This document shows, one piece after another, positions 9,545-24,349 of a stretch of DNA of 64,000 bases. The stretch covers positions 1,707 to 65,706 of the forward strand of contig CAUZIZ010000006.1 in assembly GCA_963579905.1 (NCBI GenBank), written 5' to 3'. Position 1 is the stretch's first letter, and every line of letters starts with the position of its first letter. The stretch is from Acidobacteria bacterium UBA6911. Lineage in GTDB: Bacteria; Acidobacteriota; UBA6911; RPQK01; JAJDTT01. The position numbers and the translations under genes are program-made. The notes below the pieces were generated by a model that was not told the DNA's origin, ran no database searches, and was given only the letters and a program-made list of their open reading frames with translations.

Positions 9545-11851
9545 TCAAGGCTGTATTGGCTCCAGGGGATAGTGGATTCTTGTCTTCGATACGTTCGCCA
9601 CTACGTCCTTGCCATCGACATTGAGTGTGAGACCCTTCTCCTTGCTCCAGCTTACAGAGACTTTGTGTCCCAGCACCTTTAGATTCGAGACCGAAGCTTC
9701 GCGCCACGGGCTGTTGACGTTCACTTCGATGCCCTCCTCGGCTACCCTCAAACCGAAGACGCCTTCGTAGAGCCCCAGCATCAGATTGAAGTTGGCTGGA
9801 TAGTTGAAGGACCTCGCCGCCGGCCGGCATCTCCCTCCGGCAAACATCTCGCCCGTTTCCGCACTGTATGCCTCCGCCATATACCTTGGTCCGAGACCCT
9901 CACTCCACCAGTGCAGCTTGAAGAGCTTCTTCAACATGAAGTGGGCCATCTCGGTTTGTCCCGCCCAATAGAGGCCCCTGACTATCTCCATCTGATAGTG
10001 CCAGACCAATGATAGTGCCAGACCAAACCAACAATCTCGTGGTTGTCGGGATCGTAGAAGGGACTGTCCCAGGCCAGGGATGGCAGCCCGTAGGGTCGGT
10101 TGAAGGCCTTCGATTCGAGGTTCTTGACCAACGCCTTGACCTCATCAGCCAGACCACGCATTCCATTCATGAAGAAGGAGGCCAGGAAGCCGGTGGTGAA
10201 GGAAAATGCATGCTTGTGTACGGTCTGCTGACCATTGGAGTCCACGTCCACGTACATCCCCAGCTCGGAGTTCCACATCAAACGGTTGACTTGCTCAGCT
10301 AGACTCTGCGACTTCTCCGAATACACTTGGGCCTTCTGGGTGCGTCCGATGGCTCCTTCCAGGAAAGCCAGGTCCGACAAGGCCCCTGCCAGGAAGGCAT
10401 TGAGATCGCAGTAGGAGGCACGGCTCCCTCTGTACTTCTCGGCCAGGTCCATCCAGGCGTAATCTCCTCCAATCGTCCAGTAGAGTCCCAACGCCTGGTT
10501 GAACCGGTTGTCGTCGTACCACTTCAATCCCATCTCCAAACGCTCAATCAGAGGAACTCCCTCGATTTCTTGCGTCAGGAAAGCGGTGTCCCCAGCGAAC
10601 TCAACGTACTTCCTGGTGATCTGCGCCAGCGTGCTCGGCCCCCCATCCATCATGAATGGATCCTTCTGCACGCGCCCTTTCCCACTGTCGAAGTAGACGC
10701 CCCTCACCCCCGGGACTTGCCCGTCTTCCCGTTGGGTTGACCACATGATGCGCACAAAGTCCTTTACGGCCTGAGGCATCCAGTAGATGACAGCGGCGGC
10801 GGCCTCCATGTTGTCAATGTTTCCAATCACCTGATCGTGTAGATAACCGCTGTAGTTGGTGCTCCACTGCCCATTCGGGAGGGCATCGTCGTCGATATCC
10901 CATTGGTTGATCCTGAAGTTGGCCCACATCCAGTAGTGGGCCCCCACGAACTGATCGTCCGGGCAGCTGAATTGGGGGATATCTTGCAGGAAATTGTTCC
11001 AGTACGCGGTGGTCTCGGCCAAGCGTGCTGCCGGGTCGGACAGGATGTAGCCGGCGTCTTCCTGCGCCTGCTGAGAATCCTTAGCGATGGATCGGACAAA
11101 AGAAAACTCCTGTGGACTGCCCGGCTCCAGGTTGATGTCATGCTGCTCCAGGATGTTGTAGACATCGCCCGAGAACATTTCTGACAAGGTGAACTTCCCG
11201 TTCTCCAGGGAGCAGCCTGAGGCCATGCCCGTCCCGGGTCGCAGATCACATAGCGCCAGCCCCTTGTCGATCCAGGCCTTCTCTGCCCCGAGGTCTCGCG
11301 GCCTCTTGTCTCCGAAGCCCAGGATCTCCCTGAAAAGACGCAGCTTGAGTCTTCTTGAAGCCTTGATCCTGACGGTGGTGCAGTAGGCAAACCGGCCTGG
11401 CGGTGCAAAGCTGCGGGCTTCCAACTCGAAGTCTTTGAACTTGAGACGCCCAGATATGCTGATCCGGACGGAGCGAGACCCTGGCTTCCTGGGCATACTC
11501 CAGGGACAAGGGATACTTCTCTCCTGTTTCGGCATCGTATACAGCCGAGATTATGTCCCGATCCACCGGTGGCTTGACGCTGGCCCGGATAACGCTGCTG
11601 CACAAGCCACTGACCTCCAGGCGTCTGATATCGCACCGAAACATCACCCGGTTGTTGCCATAGGAAGCAGGTAGATTTCTGACCCTGCCGGGGTCGACTG
11701 AATACTCCAGCCAGGCGCAGGCATCGGTTGCAAGTGAATTCGCTTCAGGTGCGGCCTTCGTTTCGCCAGCACCGCTGGGCGAGACAAACGTTGGGACTGT
11801 CGTACCGACCAGTGACGCGGCCAGCAGTTCTCGTCTAGTCAAGGGGCTCAT
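9545..11851 (-). pseudogene. Tat-exported six-hairpin (alpha/alpha)6 glycoside hydrolase (GH63/GH37-like) disrupted by a 17-bp tandem duplication and an upstream frameshift
   Basis: Three overlapping frames. 11246..11851 has a Tat signal (RRELLAASL) and a beta-sandwich-like N-domain. 9982..11535 is the catalytic barrel. 9545..10009 is the C-terminus. The direct repeat GATAGTGCCAGACCAAT/GATAGTGCCAGACCAAA at 9994-10027 shifts the frame, and removing one copy restores ...HEIVGLVWHYQMEIVRGLYWAGQ... A second frame change lies in the 11246-11535 overlap. Confidence 0.6.
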
Positions 11852-12146
11852 GTTTCATCCTCGTTGTTTGAGGCCGCTTGCGCGGCCCGGAAAGGTATCA
11901 TGACGCTCCTCCTCTCACACTTGTCCCGTCAGATAGAGTCCTTGGGAGGCAAGTGTTATGCGAGTCTATGCCAGCTGGGATTCTGGCATCGGTATACGGA
12001 CAACACAAGCATCGAGGTCCATCAGGGGTTGTGACACACGGCGACCCATGGGAAACTGTGATTCTCGATATGGGCCACAACCCCGTTGGGATTGACCTCA
12101 CTCTTGATGATACCTAACCCACGCTTTCCATAGGGGGTTTCAAAGT

Positions 12147-13835
12147 ATGACAAAACTCATGATAGGGACATTGTTCTTGAGCACTGGTTTGCTCGCGGGA
12201 GGTGTCCGTCAGCCACTGCCTCCGGGCGAAGGCTCTCAAGAACAGGAAGCGCTGGAAGAGAAGAAGTCACCCTTCATCGAGCCCCAGGAACGCTCCAAGA
12301 GAATCCGCCGCAACCCCGGCTCCTGGAATCCCATCGTCGATCTCACGGATATCTTTCCCGGTAACCGGGCTATGAATCGCCACGGCGTATTCGAACTTTA
12401 CGACGCGGCGATCGGCGTCAAGCTCCGCGTCGAGCAGGCCCGCCGGTCGAAACCGCTCCTGGACGCGGTTGCGGAGTGGGAGAAGGGACAATTTATCGGT
12501 CCACTCTTCATCTGGGAAGCCGAAGGCCACTTCCACATGATCTACGAGTGCAGCCGCGCCAGCTCAACCTGCTATGCGAGGAGTTCCGACGGCTACCACT
12601 GGGAGCGGCCAAACCTGGGTGAGGTCGAGTTCGAGGGCTCGGCGAAAAACAACATTCTCCGCAACGGAATCAAGGGAGCTACGGGTGTTTTCATCGATCC
12701 CCATGCCCCCCAGGCAGAGCGCTTCAAAGCCATGGGTGGCGACATGGCCTGGTACGACCCGGCCACCCTGCAGCCGCTGGACGGCGAGGAGGCGATGCGG
12801 CGATGGAACGCTCAGGTCTATGACGAGGACGCCTACAAGGGTCCCCGGGCCGAGATATGGGGCCGCACCCTCGCTTGGATCTCGGCGGACGGCCGTAAAT
12901 GGAAGGAGCTGGAGGAACCGCTGGGCAATCGGCCCGTGAACGGCGGAATTTCCGCCCGCTACGATTCCCACAACGATGAGTACATCGCCTACCAGCAGAT
13001 CATGGGTAACACGGCTGAACTGATGCCAGGCATCGGCACCGCCCGCGTCGAGGAAGAGACGCAGCGCCGCACCATTGGATTCTCACGCACCAAGGATTTT
13101 CGCCGTTGGCCTGCACCCAAGTTGATTCTGGCTCCTGATGCCCAGGATGACCTGGATATCTCCTTCTATGGAGCCAACTACTTTCCCTACCCCGGACGCA
13201 CCGACCTTCACGTCATGATGATCCCCGTCTACCACCAGCTGATCGACCATGTCGACACTCAGATAGCCTTCAGTCGAGATGGCCTCTTCTGGTCTCGGCC
13301 CGAACGCCGCCCTATCCATACGGTGGGGACGCCCGGCAGCGGCGAGGACTCGCAGGTACATACCTGGCGCAATGGACTGGTGGAACTGCCGGACGGTCAG
13401 TGGGCAATGCCGTATACGGGGATGTCGAGCCTGCACAACGCCTACGGGGAAAAGCAACTCTTTCCGCGGGGTCGGCCGATCCAGATCCGCTACGCACTCT
13501 GGGATCCGCACCGCTTCATTGGCATGGAGGCTGACAACGAAGGCCGGTTCACGATACCGACCATCTACCGCCATGGGAATCAGCTGCGCTTGAACTACCG
13601 CTGCGCGGTGGGGGGCTGGATACAGGTGGAGCTCCTGCGCAAGAGTCCCTCCATGAACCACGCTGACCTGGGTCCCGTTAAAGGATTTAGTTTCGCCGAC
13701 TGCGAGCGACTGACGGGTGATGAATCCGCTCGCGTCGTGACCTGGAAAGGCAAGAGCGACCTTTCAGGGATCGGTGACACGGGAGCGATCCGCATCAAGA
13801 TGTTTCAGGCCAAACTCTTTGCCTACAAGTTCTAG
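12147..13835 (+). CDS. Secreted hypothetical protein, possibly a beta-propeller glycosidase-like fold (function unassigned)
   Basis: 562 aa with an N-terminal signal/anchor (LFLSTGLLAGG). No stops. The fold assignment is tentative. Confidence 0.7.
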   Translation: MTKLMIGTLFLSTGLLAGGVRQPLPPGEGSQEQEALEEKKSPFIEPQERSKRIRRNPGSWNPIVDLTDIFPGNRAMNRHGVFELYDAAIGVKLRVEQARRSKPLLDAVAEWEKGQFIGPLFIWEAEGHFHMIYECSRASSTCYARSSDGYHWERPNLGEVEFEGSAKNNILRNGIKGATGVFIDPHAPQAERFKAMGGDMAWYDPATLQPLDGEEAMRRWNAQVYDEDAYKGPRAEIWGRTLAWISADGRKWKELEEPLGNRPVNGGISARYDSHNDEYIAYQQIMGNTAELMPGIGTARVEEETQRRTIGFSRTKDFRRWPAPKLILAPDAQDDLDISFYGANYFPYPGRTDLHVMMIPVYHQLIDHVDTQIAFSRDGLFWSRPERRPIHTVGTPGSGEDSQVHTWRNGLVELPDGQWAMPYTGMSSLHNAYGEKQLFPRGRPIQIRYALWDPHRFIGMEADNEGRFTIPTIYRHGNQLRLNYRCAVGGWIQVELLRKSPSMNHADLGPVKGFSFADCERLTGDESARVVTWKGKSDLSGIGDTGAIRIKMFQAKLFAYKF

Positions 13836-13876
13836 GAGAATCAGTGGACGCCCCGGTTCAGACGTTCAGAAGAATT

Positions 13877-14647
13877 CTAAAACGTGAAGCCGTCGGAGCT
13901 GTCCTGCGGCTTGTATCCCAACACCTCTTGCGCGTGAGTGGTGTCCCGGATGGCCCACTTGTTGTTGGAAACAGTGTCGAAGATATCAAATCGCAACGAC
14001 TCGGGAGCGCTCAGACACAGATCTATCATCTGGACGCAGTCTCCATGGCTGAGCCAGCCCGACACATGACGCTGGATCTCCGGACGGTTGCTCTTCAACA
14101 GGGCGCCGATCCTCAGACAGATGATCGACATGTTCCACTCAGCGGAGTACATCCGGCCCAATACCTCGCCAAAGGCCTTGGTAACCCCATAGAGATCATA
14201 GGGCCAGTAGGACGAGTTCTGGTCCAACATGTCCCATTTCTCAGGAACCTTGTCGTATTCGCCCGCGACAATTTCCTTATAGGGCGAGTGATGGTACTGG
14301 GGGCCTAACGTGACGGCGCCACTGCTGGCATAGATGACGCGCTTCACGCCCTGAATTCGCGCCGCCTCGTAGACGTTGCGGCAACCCTTGATGTTGATCT
14401 CCAGATTGCCCTCCCAGCTGTGGACATTCCGGTTCTCGGCTGAAAGATGAAGCACCATATCCATTCCCTCGAAGGCCGGTAGAATGGCCTCGAAGTTAGC
14501 GATGCTGGCCCTCGTATTGGGGATCCCATCCACGTCACTCCGATTGAGTCCGCTGAAATCGTACTTGTGTCCCAGATTCCTCCAGGTAAGACCACCTATG
14601 TCTCCGCTAGCACCCGTGATGAGGACTTTCTTTTTTGGATCTGCCAT
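13877..14647 (-). CDS. NAD-dependent epimerase/dehydratase (extended SDR) family protein
   Basis: N-terminal KKVLITGASGDIGG Rossmann motif. The YxxxK region (YGVTKAFGE) is present. 256 aa. Confidence 0.85.
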   Translation of the reverse strand: MADPKKKVLITGASGDIGGLTWRNLGHKYDFSGLNRSDVDGIPNTRASIANFEAILPAFEGMDMVLHLSAENRNVHSWEGNLEINIKGCRNVYEAARIQGVKRVIYASSGAVTLGPQYHHSPYKEIVAGEYDKVPEKWDMLDQNSSYWPYDLYGVTKAFGEVLGRMYSAEWNMSIICLRIGALLKSNRPEIQRHVSGWLSHGDCVQMIDLCLSAPESLRFDIFDTVSNNKWAIRDTTHAQEVLGYKPQDSSDGFTF

Positions 14648-15111
14648 TTTTGTTACTCCCTAGGGTTGAGGGCAACCGCCGCTAACCAGAAGGGGCGGCA
14701 CGGACTGAATCAGTCCAGCCCGAAAGTGTATTCCAAGGTACCCGACAAGGTGCGAGTGAACGGGCAGCAAAAGCATCCACAAAAGGATCGTGAAAATAGG
14801 AGTACAGTGGACATGAGCACTCTGCAGAGAAGGACTCTGTATTGACAGAAAATGCATTATATGCCCGCCTGGAGACGCGGTCAAGACGGTCCTATTGTCC
14901 TCTTTTTTCCTTTGCCCTTGCCCCGGCCTAAGACCTCGAAAAATCCCAAGATACAAGATACAGACAAATTCCAAATCACAGGCACCAAGCTCCAAACGAT
15001 CAACTCTCATCCCCAACCAGAGTTTCTTCCTGAATAATCCCATCGCAGGTTTGACCCCTCGATCGTCAGCCCCTACACTCCCCGAAGCAATCTCGATCGA
15101 GCAGCGAAGAA

Positions 15112-19668
<4,557 letters not shown>

Positions 19669-20072
19669 CTGGCATTTCACTCCCGACGGCGAGCCCAATC
19701 TGATCGATGCCATCGAACAGGATCGCCCACCATCAACCCTCGGCGATCCAACAGAGCCGCGAACGACTTGAGCCGTTAGCAAAATGAGCCCAGGTTCCGA
19801 GGAGAGAGCCGGACAACTCTTCCCCACGCAGTGGCGCACAAATCCCCAGTAGCCGGAACTTTCTTTCCCGAATGGGGCCAGGGCTTCCTGGGGGCGGGAC
19901 TTACCTGAAACTTCATTGGCAAACGTAGCTTTGGCCTCCAGACCGAAGTATTCCTTCGAGCCTTTGGCTCGGACGGCGGCCTGGAGACCGCCGCCACGGC
20001 CGGGACTCCAAGTTTCCTTCTCGAATGGGGCAGCGCAGCGGGGGGGGCACTAACTTGAAGCTCGGTAGCGGT
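19669..20072. repeat. Mosaic repeat island C (truncated T and two H units, minus orientation)
   Basis: T fragment at 19751-19783 (reverse complement of TTGCTAACGGCTCAAGTCGTTCGCGGCTCTGT). H copies at ~19853-19913 and ~20008-20064. Between convergent genes. Confidence 0.75.
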
Positions 20073-20897
20073 TCAGCCTTGGCGGCTGCGTCTCGAGGGA
20101 CCGGGATCGGGGGAAGCGGAGGCAGCCGTTTCCAACTCTCGAAGCCACTGCCCGATAAGGGGTTGAAATTCCACCACTCGCCCGACCACGAGTAGAGCTG
20201 GAGACTGGATCCCAATCCGTTCGGTCTCCCTGACGATGGAGCGAAGGGTTCCTATGGCCTCTCGCTGACCTTCCAGAGTTCCCGCCTCGAGCAAGGCAGC
20301 CGGTGTGTCCAGCGGGCGTCCGTGAAGCACCAGCTTGGAAACGATGCCTCGAAGGTTTCCCAAGGGCATCAGTACGACCAGGGTATCGGTAGCTGTCGCT
20401 AACTTCTCCCATTCAATAGGCTGTTCTGTATCGGTGCCCTGATGACCCGTGATAATGGCAATCGAGGAGGAGACGTCTCGATGCGTGACGGGAATGCCTG
20501 CCGCCGCCGGTACAGCCAGGGCTGAGCTCACGCCCGGAACAATCTCAAAGGGGATCTTGCTTTCGGCCAGGAAAGTAGCCTCCTCTCCTCCTCTGCCGAA
20601 GACGAAGGGATCTCCTCCCTTGAGACGCACGACCTGTTTTCCCTCCTGAGCCTTGGAGGCTAGCAACTCGTTGATTTTCTCCTGAGGGAAGCTATAGTGT
20701 CCACCCTTCTTGCCGACGAGAATCCTCTCGGCTGAAGCTGGCGACAAGTTCAGTACTCGTGAATCAACCAGCCGGTCGTAGACGACAACGTCAGCCCGAT
20801 TGAGACAGCGCAGGCCTTTGAGAGTGAGCAATTCAGGGTCACCGGGCCCGGAGCCCACCAGGAAGACTCTGCCTACTCGGGAGGAAAGGCCCCTCAC
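20073..20897 (-). CDS. cobA: Uroporphyrinogen-III C-methyltransferase (SUMT; CysG C-domain-like)
   Basis: VFLVGSGPGDPELLTLKG ... VVRLKGGDPFVFGRGGEE. Probable GTG start at 20895-20897 with a GGAGGAGAGG RBS, 2 nt after the sirC stop. Confidence 0.85.
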   Translation of the reverse strand: MRGLSSRVGRVFLVGSGPGDPELLTLKGLRCLNRADVVVYDRLVDSRVLNLSPASAERILVGKKGGHYSFPQEKINELLASKAQEGKQVVRLKGGDPFVFGRGGEEATFLAESKIPFEIVPGVSSALAVPAAAGIPVTHRDVSSSIAIITGHQGTDTEQPIEWEKLATATDTLVVLMPLGNLRGIVSKLVLHGRPLDTPAALLEAGTLEGQREAIGTLRSIVRETERIGIQSPALLVVGRVVEFQPLIGQWLRELETAASASPDPGPSRRSRQG

Positions 20898-20898
20898 T

Positions 20899-21480
20899 TC
20901 ACCTCTCCTCCAGAGCCCGCTCGATGCGCGCCCGCACCTCTGATGGACCTTGGCGGCGGGTTGCTTCAAGCAGATCCAAGTCTTCCACCAGGTGGGAAAA
21001 AAAGCCTTTGCGGTCATCGAAGGAAGAGAAACGTTCCTTCACCCGAGGGCGGATCTCCCCCAAGGCCTGGAGCAGGTCTCCGTATTCCGGTCCAAACTGG
21101 GACTCCAGTTGCCGACGTATCCGTTTGGCAAGAGCGGGACTGCTACCCGAGGTAGAGATGGCGATCACAAGGTCCCCTCGGTGGACCAGTGCAGGAGCGA
21201 TGAAGTTGCAGTACTCTGTCTGATCGACGACGTTGACCAGGATCCGATGCTCTTCGGCGAAGTCCTTGATTCTTTTGGCGATCGCCGTGTCTTCCACGAT
21301 GGCCACGATAAGGAAGACATCCCTGGCCTCGTCGGGCACGAATTCGCTTGACCGCCGAACGCGGCCCCCCGCCCGATCCAAAGCTTTCGCTTTTTCCTCG
21401 GCAAGATCGCCGTCTCCGACTACCAGGCAAAGGCGTCCCTTCAGATCGAGAAACACTGGGAAGTAGCTCATTTCGGCCAT
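20899..21480 (-). CDS. sirC: Precorrin-2 dehydrogenase / sirohydrochlorin ferrochelatase (siroheme synthase N-domain, SirC/Met8-like)
   Basis: FPVFLDLKGRLCLVVGDGDLAEEKAKAL Rossmann motif. 193 aa. Directly upstream of cobA. Confidence 0.8.
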   Translation of the reverse strand: MAEMSYFPVFLDLKGRLCLVVGDGDLAEEKAKALDRAGGRVRRSSEFVPDEARDVFLIVAIVEDTAIAKRIKDFAEEHRILVNVVDQTEYCNFIAPALVHRGDLVIAISTSGSSPALAKRIRRQLESQFGPEYGDLLQALGEIRPRVKERFSSFDDRKGFFSHLVEDLDLLEATRRQGPSEVRARIERALEER

Positions 21481-21597
21481 CGTAAAATTCCGATTAATCT
21501 AGGCAAACAATAGCGTAGGGCCGGCGTTCATGTAAAGCCGGGAGGCTCCGGTAGAAGGTCCTAAATCTGGAGGCCGCGCGCCTCATGTCGGACGTAA

Positions 21598-22008
21598 ATG
21601 CAACTCCTGCACTCTTTCGCCATCTGGATAAGCCTAATGCTAGCGAAACGATTCTTACAAACAGTATTGATAGTGGGTATGACCTGGTCCGGCGGGATAA
21701 TGTTCGGAGCGGAAGATAAGATCGCACCCGACAATCCTGGTGATCTGAACGCCAAGAGCAAGTATAAGGGAGCGGTTTCCATGGTTGACCTTACTTGGCT
21801 GGATCAGTCTGGCAACGAGCTGGGATTCGAGATTCTCCGGTCCGACAATGCCGAAGAATTTCGGCTTGTCGGCATGGTTGGGGCTAATACAACTCGCTTC
21901 ACCGACGAGGTCGGAAAATATATCACCGGTGCTTTCACTTATAAGGTGCGAGCCTTCAACCAGTTCGGGAAGAGCTCGGATTCCAACGTAGCCTCGGTCT
22001 GGTTCTAG
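21598..22008 (+). CDS. Small secreted fibronectin-III-like protein (hypothetical)
   Basis: 136 aa, N-terminal hydrophobic signal, Fn3-like beta-strand pattern. Sits immediately upstream of the radical SAM gene. Confidence 0.5.
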   Translation: MQLLHSFAIWISLMLAKRFLQTVLIVGMTWSGGIMFGAEDKIAPDNPGDLNAKSKYKGAVSMVDLTWLDQSGNELGFEILRSDNAEEFRLVGMVGANTTRFTDEVGKYITGAFTYKVRAFNQFGKSSDSNVASVWF

Positions 22009-22086
22009 CCAGTTCTTCTTGAGTCCCTGTCCACTCTCCCTACGGCCGACCGTTTCTGGTCGAGCAGACTCCCGCCGCGAGCAGGT

Positions 22087-23133
22087 GTGGGCGCTTCTGT
22101 TATCATTGACCTGTACTGGATGATTCAAGTGCAGGACAACACGCTTTCCTTCAATCTCGAGCCTACTTTCCGTTGTAATCTGGGTTGTGAGATGTGCCCC
22201 CGCTTTTCCAGCGAGGACCCTCATCTCGACATGTCGATGGATACCTACTCGCGGATCAATGAGGCGATGGGCTACGCCCACACGGTGGACTTCACGGGAT
22301 GGGGTGAGCCGATGCTCCACTCTCAAATCTACCACATGATCCGAGCCGCCAAAGACAAGGGATGTGTCATCAGCATGACGTCGAATGGCACCGTTTTGAA
22401 CCGGAGGAACGGTCTTGCGCTGATCTCAGCGGGCATGGATCGTCTGACTGTTTCTGTAGATGGGATGCGTCCCCAGACCTTCGATGCCATTCGCCTGGGC
22501 GCCTCTTTCGAGCAGATCACCAAGAATCTGAAGGAGCTGAGCCAGCTGATCCAGGAGGCCGGCAGTTCTTTGGAACTGGCGGTTGCCTTCACCATTCAGC
22601 AGGCCAACGCGTCTGATCTGCCCTTGATCGTTCCCTGGATGAATATGGTGGGAACACGTGTGCTGCACTTGAAGCAACTCAACGTTCTTTCCCACTTCGA
22701 TGATTGGGAGCGGAGTTTCCTGAAGCATGGCCTGGCGTCAGGAAATCAGGACCGTGGTCCCATGGAACGTCTGGAGAAGCAGATTGAGGGCGTGTTGGTG
22801 CAGGCCAACGAGTCTGGGATCGAGGTGCGGATACATTCTGAGCTTCCCATGACTGGGGAGATGAAGGGTCGTCATTGCCTGGCCACCCCACTGGAATCAG
22901 TCTACTTTTCCTACGAAGGGAGAGTGGCCCCTTGCTGCCATTTTGGTCATCATGTCAGCCGATACTTCGAGTCTGAGTTCTACCCGCCCTCTGCATTGTT
23001 CTTTGGCGACATCCGGGAACAGACATTCCGCGAAGTCTGGGAAGATGATTCCTTTCAGACCTTTCGTCGGGGATTCGTGACCCAGGATTTCCCCGATGCC
23101 TGCAAGACCTGCTACCTGCTCTATGGGAAATAG
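22087..23133 (+). CDS. Radical SAM enzyme with a C-terminal SPASM/twitch-like Cys cluster
   Basis: CNLGCEMC (CxxxCxxC) near the N-terminus. The C-terminus carries PCCHFGHH ... CKTCYLL. 348 aa. An alternative ATG start lies at 22120. Confidence 0.85.
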   Translation: MGASVIIDLYWMIQVQDNTLSFNLEPTFRCNLGCEMCPRFSSEDPHLDMSMDTYSRINEAMGYAHTVDFTGWGEPMLHSQIYHMIRAAKDKGCVISMTSNGTVLNRRNGLALISAGMDRLTVSVDGMRPQTFDAIRLGASFEQITKNLKELSQLIQEAGSSLELAVAFTIQQANASDLPLIVPWMNMVGTRVLHLKQLNVLSHFDDWERSFLKHGLASGNQDRGPMERLEKQIEGVLVQANESGIEVRIHSELPMTGEMKGRHCLATPLESVYFSYEGRVAPCCHFGHHVSRYFESEFYPPSALFFGDIREQTFREVWEDDSFQTFRRGFVTQDFPDACKTCYLLYGK

Positions 23134-23193
23134 GCAAGGACGCCGGATTCCAGGTCGACCTACCGAATTTTGAAACAACACTAGGAGGAGCCG

Positions 23194-24108
23194 GTGAAAA
23201 GAAGAGAATTTCTCACGTCTTCAGCGGGCGCGGGGCTTTCCTTATTAGGTGCAGGCAAGCTTGCCCAGGCAGTGTCTGCGGAAAGGGGAGAAAGAGGAAA
23301 AGAAGGACTGCATTTCAAATACGCTCCTCGGCTCGGGTTCCTGGCCGATGAGCTGAGTATCCCCCAACGTCTGGAGAAATTCTCCCAGCACGGCTTCTTC
23401 GCGATCGAGTACAACGGATTGATGAGCCATCCGAGAGCCGAGGTCGGTGAGATGCGTAAGAAACTCGACTCTCTAGGGATCGAAATGGGTATCTTCGTTG
23501 CGAATCCGAACGGGTGGGAAACAGCCGGTCTTTGCGATCCGGCAGAGCGTGCCAACTTCCTTACCGATCTCCGCAAAGCGGTCGAGTACCATCGGATCAT
23601 CGGAAATAACTTTTGCACGGTGATCACCGGTCCTGAAAAACCAGCGATTCCACGCAACCAGCAGAAGCAGAATGTGATTGATGGCCTGAAGGCGGCCGCC
23701 GAGATTTTGGAACCCACTGAGTTGACAATCGTAGTGGAACCGTTGAACGTGCTGGTGAACCACGCCGGCTATTTCCTGGTGTACTCCGAAGAAGCAGCCG
23801 AGATCATGGAGGCCGTCGGAAGCCCCAAGGTCAAGATCCTTTTCGACATCTACCATCAGCAGATTTCGGAAGGAAATCTGATCAACAACATCAGGAAGCA
23901 CCTGCCCTACATCGGGTACTTCCAGGTGGGCGATGTACCCGGCCGAAAGGAACCCGGGACCGGAGAGGTCAACTGGCAGAACGTGTTCAAGGCGATTTAC
24001 GATACTGGGTATCGGGGCATCCTGGGCATGGAGCACGGCCTTTCCGTCCCAGGCGAAAAGGGACTGCTCAAATGCTTTGCCGAGTACCGACGAGCGGATA
24101 ATTGGTAG
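23194..24108 (+). CDS. Tat-signal sugar phosphate isomerase/epimerase (xylose-isomerase-like TIM barrel; Hyi-like)
   Basis: MKRREFLTSSAGAGLSLLG is a twin-arginine signal. TIM-barrel Hyi-like body. 304 aa. Confidence 0.85.
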   Translation: MKRREFLTSSAGAGLSLLGAGKLAQAVSAERGERGKEGLHFKYAPRLGFLADELSIPQRLEKFSQHGFFAIEYNGLMSHPRAEVGEMRKKLDSLGIEMGIFVANPNGWETAGLCDPAERANFLTDLRKAVEYHRIIGNNFCTVITGPEKPAIPRNQQKQNVIDGLKAAAEILEPTELTIVVEPLNVLVNHAGYFLVYSEEAAEIMEAVGSPKVKILFDIYHQQISEGNLINNIRKHLPYIGYFQVGDVPGRKEPGTGEVNWQNVFKAIYDTGYRGILGMEHGLSVPGEKGLLKCFAEYRRADNW

Positions 24109-24349
24109 GGTCTCTGGCGGCGCTGGATCATTCGAGAAGAAACTCCTGTGCAAACCGGTCCCGGTCCTTCGATATTCTGCGGTTCATCATTCATCGGTTG
24201 CCTCCTCCGAAGTAAGAAAGGCCAAATCACAAACCGCAGAACGCCGAACAGCGAACGCCAAAGTTTCTTGCGTCTACGCATTGTCCGGTGGGACCCTCGC
24301 CGGTCGATGTTCCGAGCAGAGACGTGCGACGTTCAGACGTTCAGACGAA

